29,349 nt of DNA from Archangium sp. (GTDB lineage Bacteria > Myxococcota > Myxococcia > Myxococcales > Myxococcaceae). The stretch is taken from positions 1 to 29,349 of the forward strand of contig JANLPS010000007.1 in the NCBI GenBank assembly GCA_031367385.1, read 5' to 3'. Both the position numbers and the translations under genes were made by a program. Within the stretch, counting starts at the first letter, position 1. Every line of letters starts with the position of its first letter. Of the stretch, positions 1-8,691 are shown piece by piece. Under the pieces are notes generated by a model that saw only the letters and a list, made by a program, of their open reading frames with translations, did no database searches and was not told where the DNA came from.

Positions 1-319
1 AGATAGAAGGGCTGTTTCGATCGACCGGCTCGACGCCCATCGCCGCCTGTCGCCCATCGGCGAAGACGCGCTCAGGCAAATGGCAGCTCGCACACCGGGT
101 GTCTTGGCCCGCGCTGAGCCGGGCATCGAAGAACAGAGAAAACCCAAGCAATGCAGCGTGTTCGTCGTCACCCTTCGAGTTGCCCAAGGCGGCTGGGAGC
201 GTCGCGGGTAGCTCCATCGACTCGAGCTCGCCGCACATGGTCGGATCGAGGGCAGCCGTGATTCGACACGGCGCTCCACACCCGATGAGAACCATCGCGA
301 GGCCCAGCACTTTTCGCAT
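1..319 (-). CDS. Di-haem cytochrome c peroxidase/MauG-family lipoprotein, N-terminal part (runs off window start)
   Basis: Manual translation from ATG 319 gives MRKVLGLAMVLIGC...LLGFSLFFDARLSAGQDTRCASCHLPERVFADG...DRNSPSI. It has a lipobox (LIGC), the LGxxLFFDxRLS motif, a CxxCH haem site and the RNxP motif of CCP_MauG proteins. No stop codon before base 1. Confidence 0.88.
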   Translation of the reverse strand, partial: MRKVLGLAMVLIGCGAPCRITAALDPTMCGELESMELPATLPAALGNSKGDDEHAALLGFSLFFDARLSAGQDTRCASCHLPERVFADGRQAAMGVEPVDRNSPSI

Positions 320-395
320 TCGCGGGCACCCTATCGTGTGATCGCTCGATGCCGATAGTGGCAACCCCAGGAAATCTTTGGTGTCATGAGCCCAC

Positions 396-1619
396 ATGCG
401 CCCATGGTCGTTGCCGCAGCGGTTCGGCTTTCGAGTTCTCCTGTTATTTCTGCTGTTTCGGTACGACCTCCCCTCACCGCTGAATCGGCTCCCGGGGTGG
501 GACATGTACTTCGAGGTGTGGAATTGGCTCGCACTTCAGCTTGGGCGCGCGCTCCAACTCGAAGTGCCTGTTCACGGGCCGACCGGCAGTGGTGATGCGC
601 TCATCAGCTGGCTCGTCGCCGCCGGTTCGCTCATCGCGGCGGTGTTGGGCGCTGTGATTTGGTCGCTGATTCAGCGCGCGCCAACCCGCCACGACAAGCT
701 GGTCGATTTTCTTCAGCTCTACATTCGCGTGTTCTTGTTCTCGATCTTGCTCTCGTACGGCCTTGTGAAGGTGTTGGCGCTCCAATTTCCCGCGCCGACC
801 GAAGACCGCCTGCTCTCGACCTATGGAGAGTCTTCTCCGATGGGCCTGATGTGGACCTTCATGGGGGCCTCGAAGCCGTATCAGATCTTCGCGGGCGTTC
901 TCGAGGTGGCAGCCGCTGCCCTATTGCTGACCCGGCGCACCACGACCCTCGGGGGCCTGTTGGTGTGCGGAGTCATGGGAAACGTGTTCTTGATGAACCT
1001 TTGTTACGACGTGCCGGTCAAGCTCGACTCCGCACAGTTGCTCTTGATGGGCATGGTGCTGGTGACCCTCGATGCCCCTCGATTGATTTCAATGCTGGTG
1101 CTCAACCGCCCGGTGCCCGCGGCTGATCAATCGTTCACCTGGTGGTCAACCGGTCGCTGGCGCCTGGCGCGCTCTGCGCTCTGCGTGGTGGTGTTCGGGT
1201 TCGCCTTCTACGAGCAGGTCAGCCCCGTCATCGCCGGAGAGACCTCCGAGCCGCCCGCCGATCCACTCTCCGCCGCGGGCGTGTACGAGGTGACCTCGAG
1301 CGAGGGCATCTCAGGTCTTCGCAAGTTGAGCTTCAGCCGATGGTGGGCGAAGGTCTACCCACTCGAGGGCGAGGTCACCCGGCTGCGAAACACCGAGAAG
1401 AGCGACGAGCACCGGCTGATCTTTTCAGAAGTGCCTGGCGAGCCCCCGAACTCCGCCAACCTGGTGATCGCCAACGATGGTCAGCCCGGCGAATACATCT
1501 TCACTGGAACGTGGAATGACGCCCCGGTTTTGATCAGAGCGAAAAAACGCAGCGCTCCCCCGGCATTGCTGCTCACCCGTGGGTTTCATTGGGTCTCCGA
1601 AGCGCCCTTCAATCGGTAA
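396..1619 (+). CDS. DoxX-like integral membrane protein
   Basis: Several TM segments with YGLVKV..QF, MGLMWTFMGAS..Y..F.G..E and NLCYDVPVK motifs typical of this DoxX-related family. Confidence 0.72.
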   Translation: MRPWSLPQRFGFRVLLLFLLFRYDLPSPLNRLPGWDMYFEVWNWLALQLGRALQLEVPVHGPTGSGDALISWLVAAGSLIAAVLGAVIWSLIQRAPTRHDKLVDFLQLYIRVFLFSILLSYGLVKVLALQFPAPTEDRLLSTYGESSPMGLMWTFMGASKPYQIFAGVLEVAAAALLLTRRTTTLGGLLVCGVMGNVFLMNLCYDVPVKLDSAQLLLMGMVLVTLDAPRLISMLVLNRPVPAADQSFTWWSTGRWRLARSALCVVVFGFAFYEQVSPVIAGETSEPPADPLSAAGVYEVTSSEGISGLRKLSFSRWWAKVYPLEGEVTRLRNTEKSDEHRLIFSEVPGEPPNSANLVIANDGQPGEYIFTGTWNDAPVLIRAKKRSAPPALLLTRGFHWVSEAPFNR

Positions 1620-1680
1620 CTGCGAGTGACAGCTGCTGGTTGCATTGCGCGGTCAAAGAGCCCGGTGCTACAGCCAGCTG

Positions 1681-3486
1681 ATGCGTCTGCCTTGGAGGTC
1701 ACTGAGTCTGGCTGTACTCGTGCTCTCCGCGTGCAAGGGCACCATCGGCGCCAGCTCGAGCGACGGCACCGGTGGAGGCCCGGGCATCATCAGCGACGGT
1801 GACGGCGGCGTTCTGAGCGACGCCGGCACTGGCGGCCCGACCTCGGTCGACCCCGGCGAACTGCCGATGCAGATGCCGGGCACCGTCACCGGCACGCCGA
1901 CCTCGCCGCAGAGCGAAGACGGCACCGCCTTCGGAGGCCCCGCCGCTCCGCTGATGCAGGGCGTGGAGGTCGTCGCCAATCGCGACAGCGCCACCATCGT
2001 CGTGCCCGCCGTCGCTGGCGCCTCTGATTTTCGCGTCTTTCGCCTGCCCGCAGGCGCGAAGGTGAGCACCGTCGATGGGGCCGAACAGGTCGAGGGCACC
2101 GTCATTCACTGCGCCGGCTACCAGCAGCACAACGACAAATACACCGGCACCAGCGAGCTGCTTCGGGTCATCGAAGTGACCAACTTGAGCGGCCCCACCG
2201 ACCTGGTCGTCGAGGCGATCGGCACCCCGTGCCCATTCGTGGGGCATCTCGCGCTCACCCACCGCGATATTCAGGTGACCATCGACGAATTGCCCGTCGC
2301 CGATCGAATCAAGTTCTCGTTCTTCACCGAGGCCGAGCTTCGCGCGCGGTATGGCAGCCTAATTCTGAATGGCCATGGCATGGGCCCGACGTTCGGTACG
2401 CAGGGGTCGACGACTCCGCCCAAAGTGCTCGCCCGTACCACGCTGCACGTGACGCCCATCGGCTACGGCACGCCGCGCACGACTGATTTTTTCGAAGACT
2501 TCGACGGCACGTCGGGGCCGATTGCGCTGATTGGGCCGATGCCTGACGTGGGCCGCGCGTACCACGCCGGTCGCCACCTCGGTAACTCGAAGTGGGACTA
2601 CTACGTCTTCAATGATCACCTCGCGATGGCCGACCTCTGGGTCGATCGCGGCCTGCTTCACGTGACCCAACCCGATTGGATTCAAGACGTCTTCGCCACC
2701 ACGGTCGGCGTGCCCCGGCGTGCCGCGCAGCTCTCGACCAGCGGCTACTTGCACGTGACCTTCGAGGTCGCTTCAAACGCCACCTCGCGCCGATATTGGT
2801 GGCTCGGCCTGTGCGGCGCCGAAGAGAAGGGCAAGACCTTCGACGCCGATAATCACTTCACCGGCCGCCTGGTACAGACCTCGTTCTTCTACCAACCCGA
2901 CGGCCGCAACGTCTCAATCGACGGGTGGAACTGTCTGCAGATCTTCCCCCGCGACGGCTCGCCGTTCAGCATCGCGCCGAACAACAAGCGCTCCGAGACC
3001 GACGTTCGGGTGATGATCAACAAAGCCGGCGCGGCCGAGCGTGAGAGCGTGGTCAACCTCTCGCCTCCCCAGTACCCGGCCAGCTCAGCCACGCCGAGCT
3101 GGTTTCGGCAGATCGATTCGGCCGGCAAGATGGTCGCTCCGATTCTCGATGATCAGCTGCGCATCGCGCCCCGCACCCGCTTCGATGTCTACATTCGGCG
3201 CGACCGGGTCGTGCTCTTCGCGAACGGCGGGCAACGGCTGTGCAATGACTTCTCGAAGTACCCGCTCACCATGGCCGAAGCCGGAGTCGCCTACGGGCAG
3301 GTGCTCTACCACACGGCAGCAGAGCGCCTCGAGTTCTCGCGCAGCTTCAACGACCGCACCGGGCAGCGGTACTACCTCGAGAACGCGCCCTACGCCGATG
3401 AACGCGAGTGGGACAACGTCGGCTTCGAAGAGAACGTCGGCGCGCCCACCACCTTCGATGCGTCGAAGTGTTTTCAGGCGCCCTGA
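1681..3486 (+). CDS. Hypothetical lipoprotein (601 aa), probably beta-rich
   Basis: Long high-GC3 ORF. ATG 1681 gives MRLPWRSLSLAVLVLSAC (lipobox LSAC), then a G/S/T/P linker and a globular region with six further Cys. Confidence 0.8.
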   Translation: MRLPWRSLSLAVLVLSACKGTIGASSSDGTGGGPGIISDGDGGVLSDAGTGGPTSVDPGELPMQMPGTVTGTPTSPQSEDGTAFGGPAAPLMQGVEVVANRDSATIVVPAVAGASDFRVFRLPAGAKVSTVDGAEQVEGTVIHCAGYQQHNDKYTGTSELLRVIEVTNLSGPTDLVVEAIGTPCPFVGHLALTHRDIQVTIDELPVADRIKFSFFTEAELRARYGSLILNGHGMGPTFGTQGSTTPPKVLARTTLHVTPIGYGTPRTTDFFEDFDGTSGPIALIGPMPDVGRAYHAGRHLGNSKWDYYVFNDHLAMADLWVDRGLLHVTQPDWIQDVFATTVGVPRRAAQLSTSGYLHVTFEVASNATSRRYWWLGLCGAEEKGKTFDADNHFTGRLVQTSFFYQPDGRNVSIDGWNCLQIFPRDGSPFSIAPNNKRSETDVRVMINKAGAAERESVVNLSPPQYPASSATPSWFRQIDSAGKMVAPILDDQLRIAPRTRFDVYIRRDRVVLFANGGQRLCNDFSKYPLTMAEAGVAYGQVLYHTAAERLEFSRSFNDRTGQRYYLENAPYADEREWDNVGFEENVGAPTTFDASKCFQAP

Positions 3487-3489
3487 GTC

Positions 3490-3516
3490 ACGGTCGTCTC
3501 GAGCTGGAGCGACCGT
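3490..3516. terminator. Possible terminator hairpin between convergent genes
   Basis: ACGGTCG...CGACCGT inverted repeat just after the 3486 stop. There is no U-tract, so the call is weak. Confidence 0.3.
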
Positions 3517-3610
3517 CGCGCACGAGGCCAGACACAAGAGCACCAGCGATATTCGAGAGCGCATGGCGCGTTGTACGGCGCGCCAGCTGTTCTCTTTCGC
3601 GACTTGGGGC

Positions 3611-4633
3611 TCACTTCGCGGCCTGACTTGAGTTCAACCAGCCTTCGATCAGCTCGCGAACCGCCGCGCGCGGAGCAGGGTGGGTACAGGCCCCCGCGTC
3701 CCACGTGCCGCCGAGCTTTTTCTTCACGGCCCGAAACCACTGGGGAAACTCGAAGAAATCAGTCAGCGGCGGCAGCTCGAGTTGATTGCGATCGGTGCCC
3801 CGAGAGGTCACCACCGTCTCGGTCCATGACTGGCCGAGCGATTCGCTCACCCGCAGCTTGAACCAGGGCTCGATGTCGAAGCTCACGTACATTGCCGCAG
3901 ACAAGGTGGTTTGGTCGCGTTGACCCAACGACGACCACTGCCAGGCCAACGGCCGCTTGAGCGGTGGCAACTTCAACGCGTTGATCAACCGGTCACGGGC
4001 TGCCGGCCCCGGGCGCTCGGCTGCCACGTTCTCGAGGAGGTCTCGCAGCTGTGCCAAGGCGGGGCTCTTTCGTCGCTTCACCAGCCACCGGAGCGTGTCG
4101 AGCTCGGGGCCTCGCGTCTGAATCACCCGCTCGACGTGCGGCAACACCACATCGAGCGCGTCGGGGGTCGCCGCCTCGAGCAGCACCGACACGAAGGCCC
4201 GAAATGAATTCCAATCGAGCTCGGCGCTGGCGACCATGGCGGTCACCACCGTGACGAAGAGCGGGTCTTTGGCGAACAGACGCACGCGCTCGTCGACCGC
4301 GCCGTTCATCAGCAGGCGCATCTTGCGAAACATCTCGCCCACTGACGCACGGCGTACATCGCTCGGCAGTGCCAAGGTCACCACGGTCTCAGGCCACCGC
4401 GGGTGCTTCTTCAGCTCGGCTTCGTAGAGGTCGAAATACGACTCGTTCAACCGCCTGCCCACCGCACGCGCCGTGTGCCCGTCGGTCATCGCCGCAGCCA
4501 TGGCCTTCGCGACCAGGCGTCGATCGAGACCCTCGGGGAGCCCGCCCCAGAGGGCCCACATGCGCGGGTCTGCTTTCGGCGACAGAAATGCTTCGAGAAT
4601 CGAGGTCGCCCTCTGAACCGAAACGACTGCCAT
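3611..4633 (-). CDS. Hypothetical protein (340 aa)
   Basis: Long ORF starting 4 bp after the GST stop on the same strand. No recognised family motif. Confidence 0.7.
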   Translation of the reverse strand: MAVVSVQRATSILEAFLSPKADPRMWALWGGLPEGLDRRLVAKAMAAAMTDGHTARAVGRRLNESYFDLYEAELKKHPRWPETVVTLALPSDVRRASVGEMFRKMRLLMNGAVDERVRLFAKDPLFVTVVTAMVASAELDWNSFRAFVSVLLEAATPDALDVVLPHVERVIQTRGPELDTLRWLVKRRKSPALAQLRDLLENVAAERPGPAARDRLINALKLPPLKRPLAWQWSSLGQRDQTTLSAAMYVSFDIEPWFKLRVSESLGQSWTETVVTSRGTDRNQLELPPLTDFFEFPQWFRAVKKKLGGTWDAGACTHPAPRAAVRELIEGWLNSSQAAK

Positions 4634-4637
4634 CGGG

Positions 4638-5267
4638 TTACGCCGCCACCGGCGCTGATTCGACCTCGAGGCTCTTTCGCACCGACGGGCGCTCTTTGAG
4701 CCGCGCGTGGTACTCGGCCAGCTTCGGCCAGGCCGTCAGGTCGCCTTTGAGCACTGGTGAGACCAACCAGGTGTTGAGCACGTAGAACCCGTAGGCGTCG
4801 GCCACGCTGAAGGCGTCACCCATGAGGTACGGCTTGTCTGCGAGCATCTTCGAGAAGACCTCGAGGCGAACGGCCAACCGGTTCTGACGCCAGGCAGACT
4901 TGAACTCGTCGTTGGCGGTGGGTTGAAAGAGCGGCGAAAAGCCCTTGTGAAGCTCGGTCGCTATGAAGTTCAAGGTCTCTTGCAGTCGCACCCGCCCCAT
5001 CGTGCCGTTCGGCGGCGCCAGGTTCGCTGCCGGTCTCGAGTCGGCCAAGAACTGCAGAATCACTGAGCATTCGGTGATCAGCTCGCCGCTCTCGAGCTCG
5101 AGCGCAGGCACGTAGCCCTTCGGGTTCTTGCCGACGTAGCTCTCGCCACCTTGGGTCTTCTTGCCGGCTTTGAGGTCGATTCGATCGAGGGTGAAGGGCT
5201 CACCCAACTCGCGCAGCACGATCTGTGGAGCGATCGAGCACGCACCGGGCACGTAATAGAGTTTCAT
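4638..5267 (-). CDS. gstA: Glutathione S-transferase, beta class
   Basis: MKLYYVPGACS (catalytic Cys), NPKGYVPAL, FIATELHKGFSPLF, FSVADAY. Start set at ATG 5267. Confidence 0.92.
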   Translation of the reverse strand: MKLYYVPGACSIAPQIVLRELGEPFTLDRIDLKAGKKTQGGESYVGKNPKGYVPALELESGELITECSVILQFLADSRPAANLAPPNGTMGRVRLQETLNFIATELHKGFSPLFQPTANDEFKSAWRQNRLAVRLEVFSKMLADKPYLMGDAFSVADAYGFYVLNTWLVSPVLKGDLTAWPKLAEYHARLKERPSVRKSLEVESAPVAA

Positions 5268-5314
5268 ACAGGCTGAATACCAACCCGCTTCAACCGGGCC
5301 TTGAGAAAAGTGTT

Positions 5315-6055
5315 TCAGGACCCGTGGCGCAGCGACTTGAGCAGAATCACCAGAAACTTCGGGTCGTTGATCAAATAGCGACGCCACAGCCGCCGTGGTT
5401 CTTGGCCCAGCCGGTAGAGCCACTCCAAGCCCGTCTTGCGCATCAACGCCGGAGCGCGCTTCACGGTACCCGCGATGAAGTCGAGGCTCGCGCCTATGCC
5501 CAGCAGCACCGCTGGCTTCACCCGGTCAGCGATCGCGGCGATCAGCAGCTCCTGCTTCGGAGCCCCCAAGGCCATCAAGATCAAGTCTGGTTTCTGCTCG
5601 GCGAGCTGTGACGCAATCGAGTCGATCTGCTCGGTGTTTGCCAGGCTCACCATCGGCGCGGCAGTGAAGATCACCTGCGTGTTCCACTTCTCTCGGGCCA
5701 CGGCAGCAGCCTTGTCGGCGACGCCAGGGCCCGCTCCGAAGAATGCGACCCGCCACTTTCTTTGCCCCGCCAGCTCGAGCAACGGGCCCACCAGATCAGA
5801 CCCCGCCACCCGCTCTGGCAACGGAGTGCCCATCAACCGCGACCCCCACACGATCGGCATGCCATCGGCCAGCGACAGGCTCGCGTTCGAATAGGCCTGC
5901 GCGAACTCGGGGTTGTCTTCAGCCGTGACCACGTGGTCGATGTTCGGCGTGAAGACGTAGCCGCCGCGCTTCGCCTCGACCAGGGCCTCGATCGCCGAGA
6001 GCGCTTGGCTGAACGACACCACGTCGACTGGCACTTTGCCCAGCTGGAGACGCAT
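5315..6055 (-). CDS. WecB/TagA/CpsF family glycosyltransferase (EpsA-like)
   Basis: TPNIDH, ADGMPIVW, RVAGSDL, LGAPKQE, GIGASLDF, GLEWLYRL.QEPRRLWRRY. Confidence 0.93.
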   Translation of the reverse strand: MRLQLGKVPVDVVSFSQALSAIEALVEAKRGGYVFTPNIDHVVTAEDNPEFAQAYSNASLSLADGMPIVWGSRLMGTPLPERVAGSDLVGPLLELAGQRKWRVAFFGAGPGVADKAAAVAREKWNTQVIFTAAPMVSLANTEQIDSIASQLAEQKPDLILMALGAPKQELLIAAIADRVKPAVLLGIGASLDFIAGTVKRAPALMRKTGLEWLYRLGQEPRRLWRRYLINDPKFLVILLKSLRHGS

Positions 6056-6087
6056 GGTCTGGATATAGCGTGGTAGGTCTCCCGCGC

Positions 6088-7026
6088 ATGGCACGATCTT
6101 CTCTTCGCCAAAAACTCTCACCCAACGCGCTGGCAGCTCGGGCAGGAGACGTGTTGCCTGATCTGGCCTTGAAGCCGCTCGTGGGAAAGGTGCTCAGCGG
6201 CTTCGGCGTGTCGCTGTGCCTGCACCGCGTTGGTGACCACCGCCCGACCGACTGGCAGCCCGGTCTGAACATCACGATCAATACGCTCGATGCGCTGGTC
6301 GAGCTGTTGCTCGGTGCCCGGCCCGCCTCGAAAGAGCGCTGGCTCACCTTGTCTTTCGATGACGGCTACGCCGACGCGGCTGACTACATCGCCACACGTG
6401 CACCGCTTTTTCCGACCGTGGAGTTCACCTTCTTCGTGTGCCCCGAGAAGCTCGAAAAACGCGCCGGCTTTCGGTGGGACGCGGCCGAGATGGCGATGCG
6501 AAACGGCACTCCGCCCGAGACGGCGAAAGGCCTGCTCGACGCTCCGGTCGACCCGGCTTCAGAGAACGCCCGGGCCGATTTGAAGCCCTTGGCCGACGCC
6601 CCCGACTTCGCGTTGGCGACCCTCGAGCAGGTCGAGGCCCTCGCCGCCGTGCCCAATGTGCGCATCGGCAACCACACGAATTTGCACCTGAATGCCGGCA
6701 CCCTGAGCGACGGCGAAGCTCGAAATGAATATCTCCGCTCGACCGAGACTTTCACTCGGCTCTTCGGGCCTGCAGGGCAATTCGCCTTTCCCTTTGGCAC
6801 GCCGCGCTATCAATTCAACGAGCGCCACGTCGAGATGTTGCGGTCGCTGGGGTCATTCGAAATCTGGTCGACCGAGCCCCGGCCGTACCGGCTCGACGAG
6901 CGAAGGCCCGGCGCCGTGTTGCCGCGGTTTCCCGTCAATGGGCGACAAAGTGCCAAGGCCATCGCGGGGTGGATCGCCGGTCGCGCCGTGAACCACCGGC
7001 TGCGCGGGTCGAAATACGCGTTTTGA
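6088..7026 (+). CDS. Polysaccharide deacetylase (CE4/NodB-like)
   Basis: LSFDDGYAD, GNHTNLH (HxxxH metal ligands), FAFPFG, LPRF. Confidence 0.85.
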   Translation: MARSSLRQKLSPNALAARAGDVLPDLALKPLVGKVLSGFGVSLCLHRVGDHRPTDWQPGLNITINTLDALVELLLGARPASKERWLTLSFDDGYADAADYIATRAPLFPTVEFTFFVCPEKLEKRAGFRWDAAEMAMRNGTPPETAKGLLDAPVDPASENARADLKPLADAPDFALATLEQVEALAAVPNVRIGNHTNLHLNAGTLSDGEARNEYLRSTETFTRLFGPAGQFAFPFGTPRYQFNERHVEMLRSLGSFEIWSTEPRPYRLDERRPGAVLPRFPVNGRQSAKAIAGWIAGRAVNHRLRGSKYAF

Positions 7027-7062
7027 ACCGCCGAGTCCTTTGCTGATACGGTCGCTGCCTCG

Positions 7063-8691
7063 ATGGGTTTGGCGGTTCGGGTTGGTCTCGGGGTCCTGGC
7101 AGTCATGGGCGTTTTGGGTTGCTCCAAAGCCCCTGTCACGCCTCCAGCCGAAGTCGTCATCGTCGGCCCCGCGCCCCTGCGCCGACTGAGCAACAGCGAG
7201 TATTTGAACGCGCTCCACGACCTGTTTCCTGAAGTGAGCGCAGAGTTGCCCGCGTTGCCTGCCGAGACCGTGATCGGAGGCCTCGAGAACGACGTCGAGA
7301 CGCAGCGGCCTTCAGACGTACTGATCGCGCGCTACGAAGAGATCGCGAACACCTATGCCCACGCGCTGGTCTCGAGCCCCGAGCGCTACCGTGCCTTGCT
7401 CGGGTGTGACCCCACCGCAGAAGGGTGCGCCGAGCGCTTCATCACCACGACCGGGCGACGCATCTATCGCCGGCCGCTGAACGTGGTCGAAACCGGTCGG
7501 CTGACCACTGCGTTCGCCGCGTGGCAGAAGGCGGTCGATTTTCAAGGCGCGACCCAGCTCACGTTGAGCGCGATGCTGCAGTCACCCCAGTTCATCTACC
7601 GGGCCGAGCCCCAGACGGCGACCCCTGACTTCAGTGACACCGCGCCCATCGAGCCCTATGCGATGGCCAGCCGGCTCTCGTTCTTTCTGTGGGAGAGCAG
7701 CCCCGATGAAGAGCTGCTTCGCGCCGCCGCGGCGAATGAGCTGCGCACCGCCGAGCAGATCAGCGCGCAGGCCGAGCGCATGCTCAAAGATGCCCGCGTT
7801 CAGCGCGTGTATTGGAATTTTCACCGCCAGTGGCTTGGGCTCGATCGCATTCTGCAAGACGAGCAGGCCGTGAAGACACCCGCGGTCGAAGCGCTGTGGT
7901 CGCCAGCGACGCAGGTGTCTGCCCTCGAAGAATCGAAGCAGCTCATCGCTCACGAGCTGTTCGAGAACGGCTCGCTGCGCACCTTGCTCACCAGCCGGCG
8001 GGCCTGGGTCGATGGCGAGATGGCGCGGCTCTACAACGTGCCGCCTCCGCTCGACCCGAAGCGCTGGGCCCCAGTCGAGCTCGATGGGTCGCAGCGGTCT
8101 GGGTTGCTCTCGAGGGTCGCCTTTCTCGCCGGCACTTCGCACCGCGGCGCCACCTCACCGCCGATTCGCGCGAACGCGATTCAGCTGCGCATGCTCTGCC
8201 AGTATCCCCGGCCTCCGCCTGCCGGTCTCGACACCACGCCGCCCGCTCAGCCCGCCACCGGCGCGAAGACGAATCGCGCCCTGTTCGAAGAGCGCACGGC
8301 GGCCACCCTCTGCCAGGGGTGTCACACCAGCTTGAACGGGTTGGGCTTCGGGCTCGAGCATTACAACGCGGCTGGCGTCTACCAGTCGACCGATCAAGGC
8401 CTCGCGGTCGACGCGAGCGGCAAGCTGCAAGGCACCGACATCGATCAACCCTTCGACGGAGCGATCGCCCTCGGCGAGGCGCTGAGCCAGAGCCAACAGC
8501 TGCACCTGTGCGCCACCCAGATGTGGCTGCGGTATGCCCTCGGCCGGGCCCTGGTCGATGAAGAAGGCCCTTGGCTCGCCGACGTGTCGCAGGCGTTCTT
8601 CGCGAGAAAAGGCGATGTGCGCAGCCTCCTGGTCGACATCGCGGTCAGCCCCACCTTTCGTCTGCGCCGCACCGGAGCGACCGCCCCATGA
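7063..8691 (+). CDS. DUF1592/DUF1588/DUF1595/DUF1587/DUF1585 domain lipoprotein with a c-type haem motif
   Basis: Lipobox VLGC, LRRLSNSEYLN, LQSPQFIYR, ASRLSFFLWES.PDEELL, TSPPIR, CQGCH, GFGLEHY, YALGR. Confidence 0.88.
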   Translation: MGLAVRVGLGVLAVMGVLGCSKAPVTPPAEVVIVGPAPLRRLSNSEYLNALHDLFPEVSAELPALPAETVIGGLENDVETQRPSDVLIARYEEIANTYAHALVSSPERYRALLGCDPTAEGCAERFITTTGRRIYRRPLNVVETGRLTTAFAAWQKAVDFQGATQLTLSAMLQSPQFIYRAEPQTATPDFSDTAPIEPYAMASRLSFFLWESSPDEELLRAAAANELRTAEQISAQAERMLKDARVQRVYWNFHRQWLGLDRILQDEQAVKTPAVEALWSPATQVSALEESKQLIAHELFENGSLRTLLTSRRAWVDGEMARLYNVPPPLDPKRWAPVELDGSQRSGLLSRVAFLAGTSHRGATSPPIRANAIQLRMLCQYPRPPPAGLDTTPPAQPATGAKTNRALFEERTAATLCQGCHTSLNGLGFGLEHYNAAGVYQSTDQGLAVDASGKLQGTDIDQPFDGAIALGEALSQSQQLHLCATQMWLRYALGRALVDEEGPWLADVSQAFFARKGDVRSLLVDIAVSPTFRLRRTGATAP

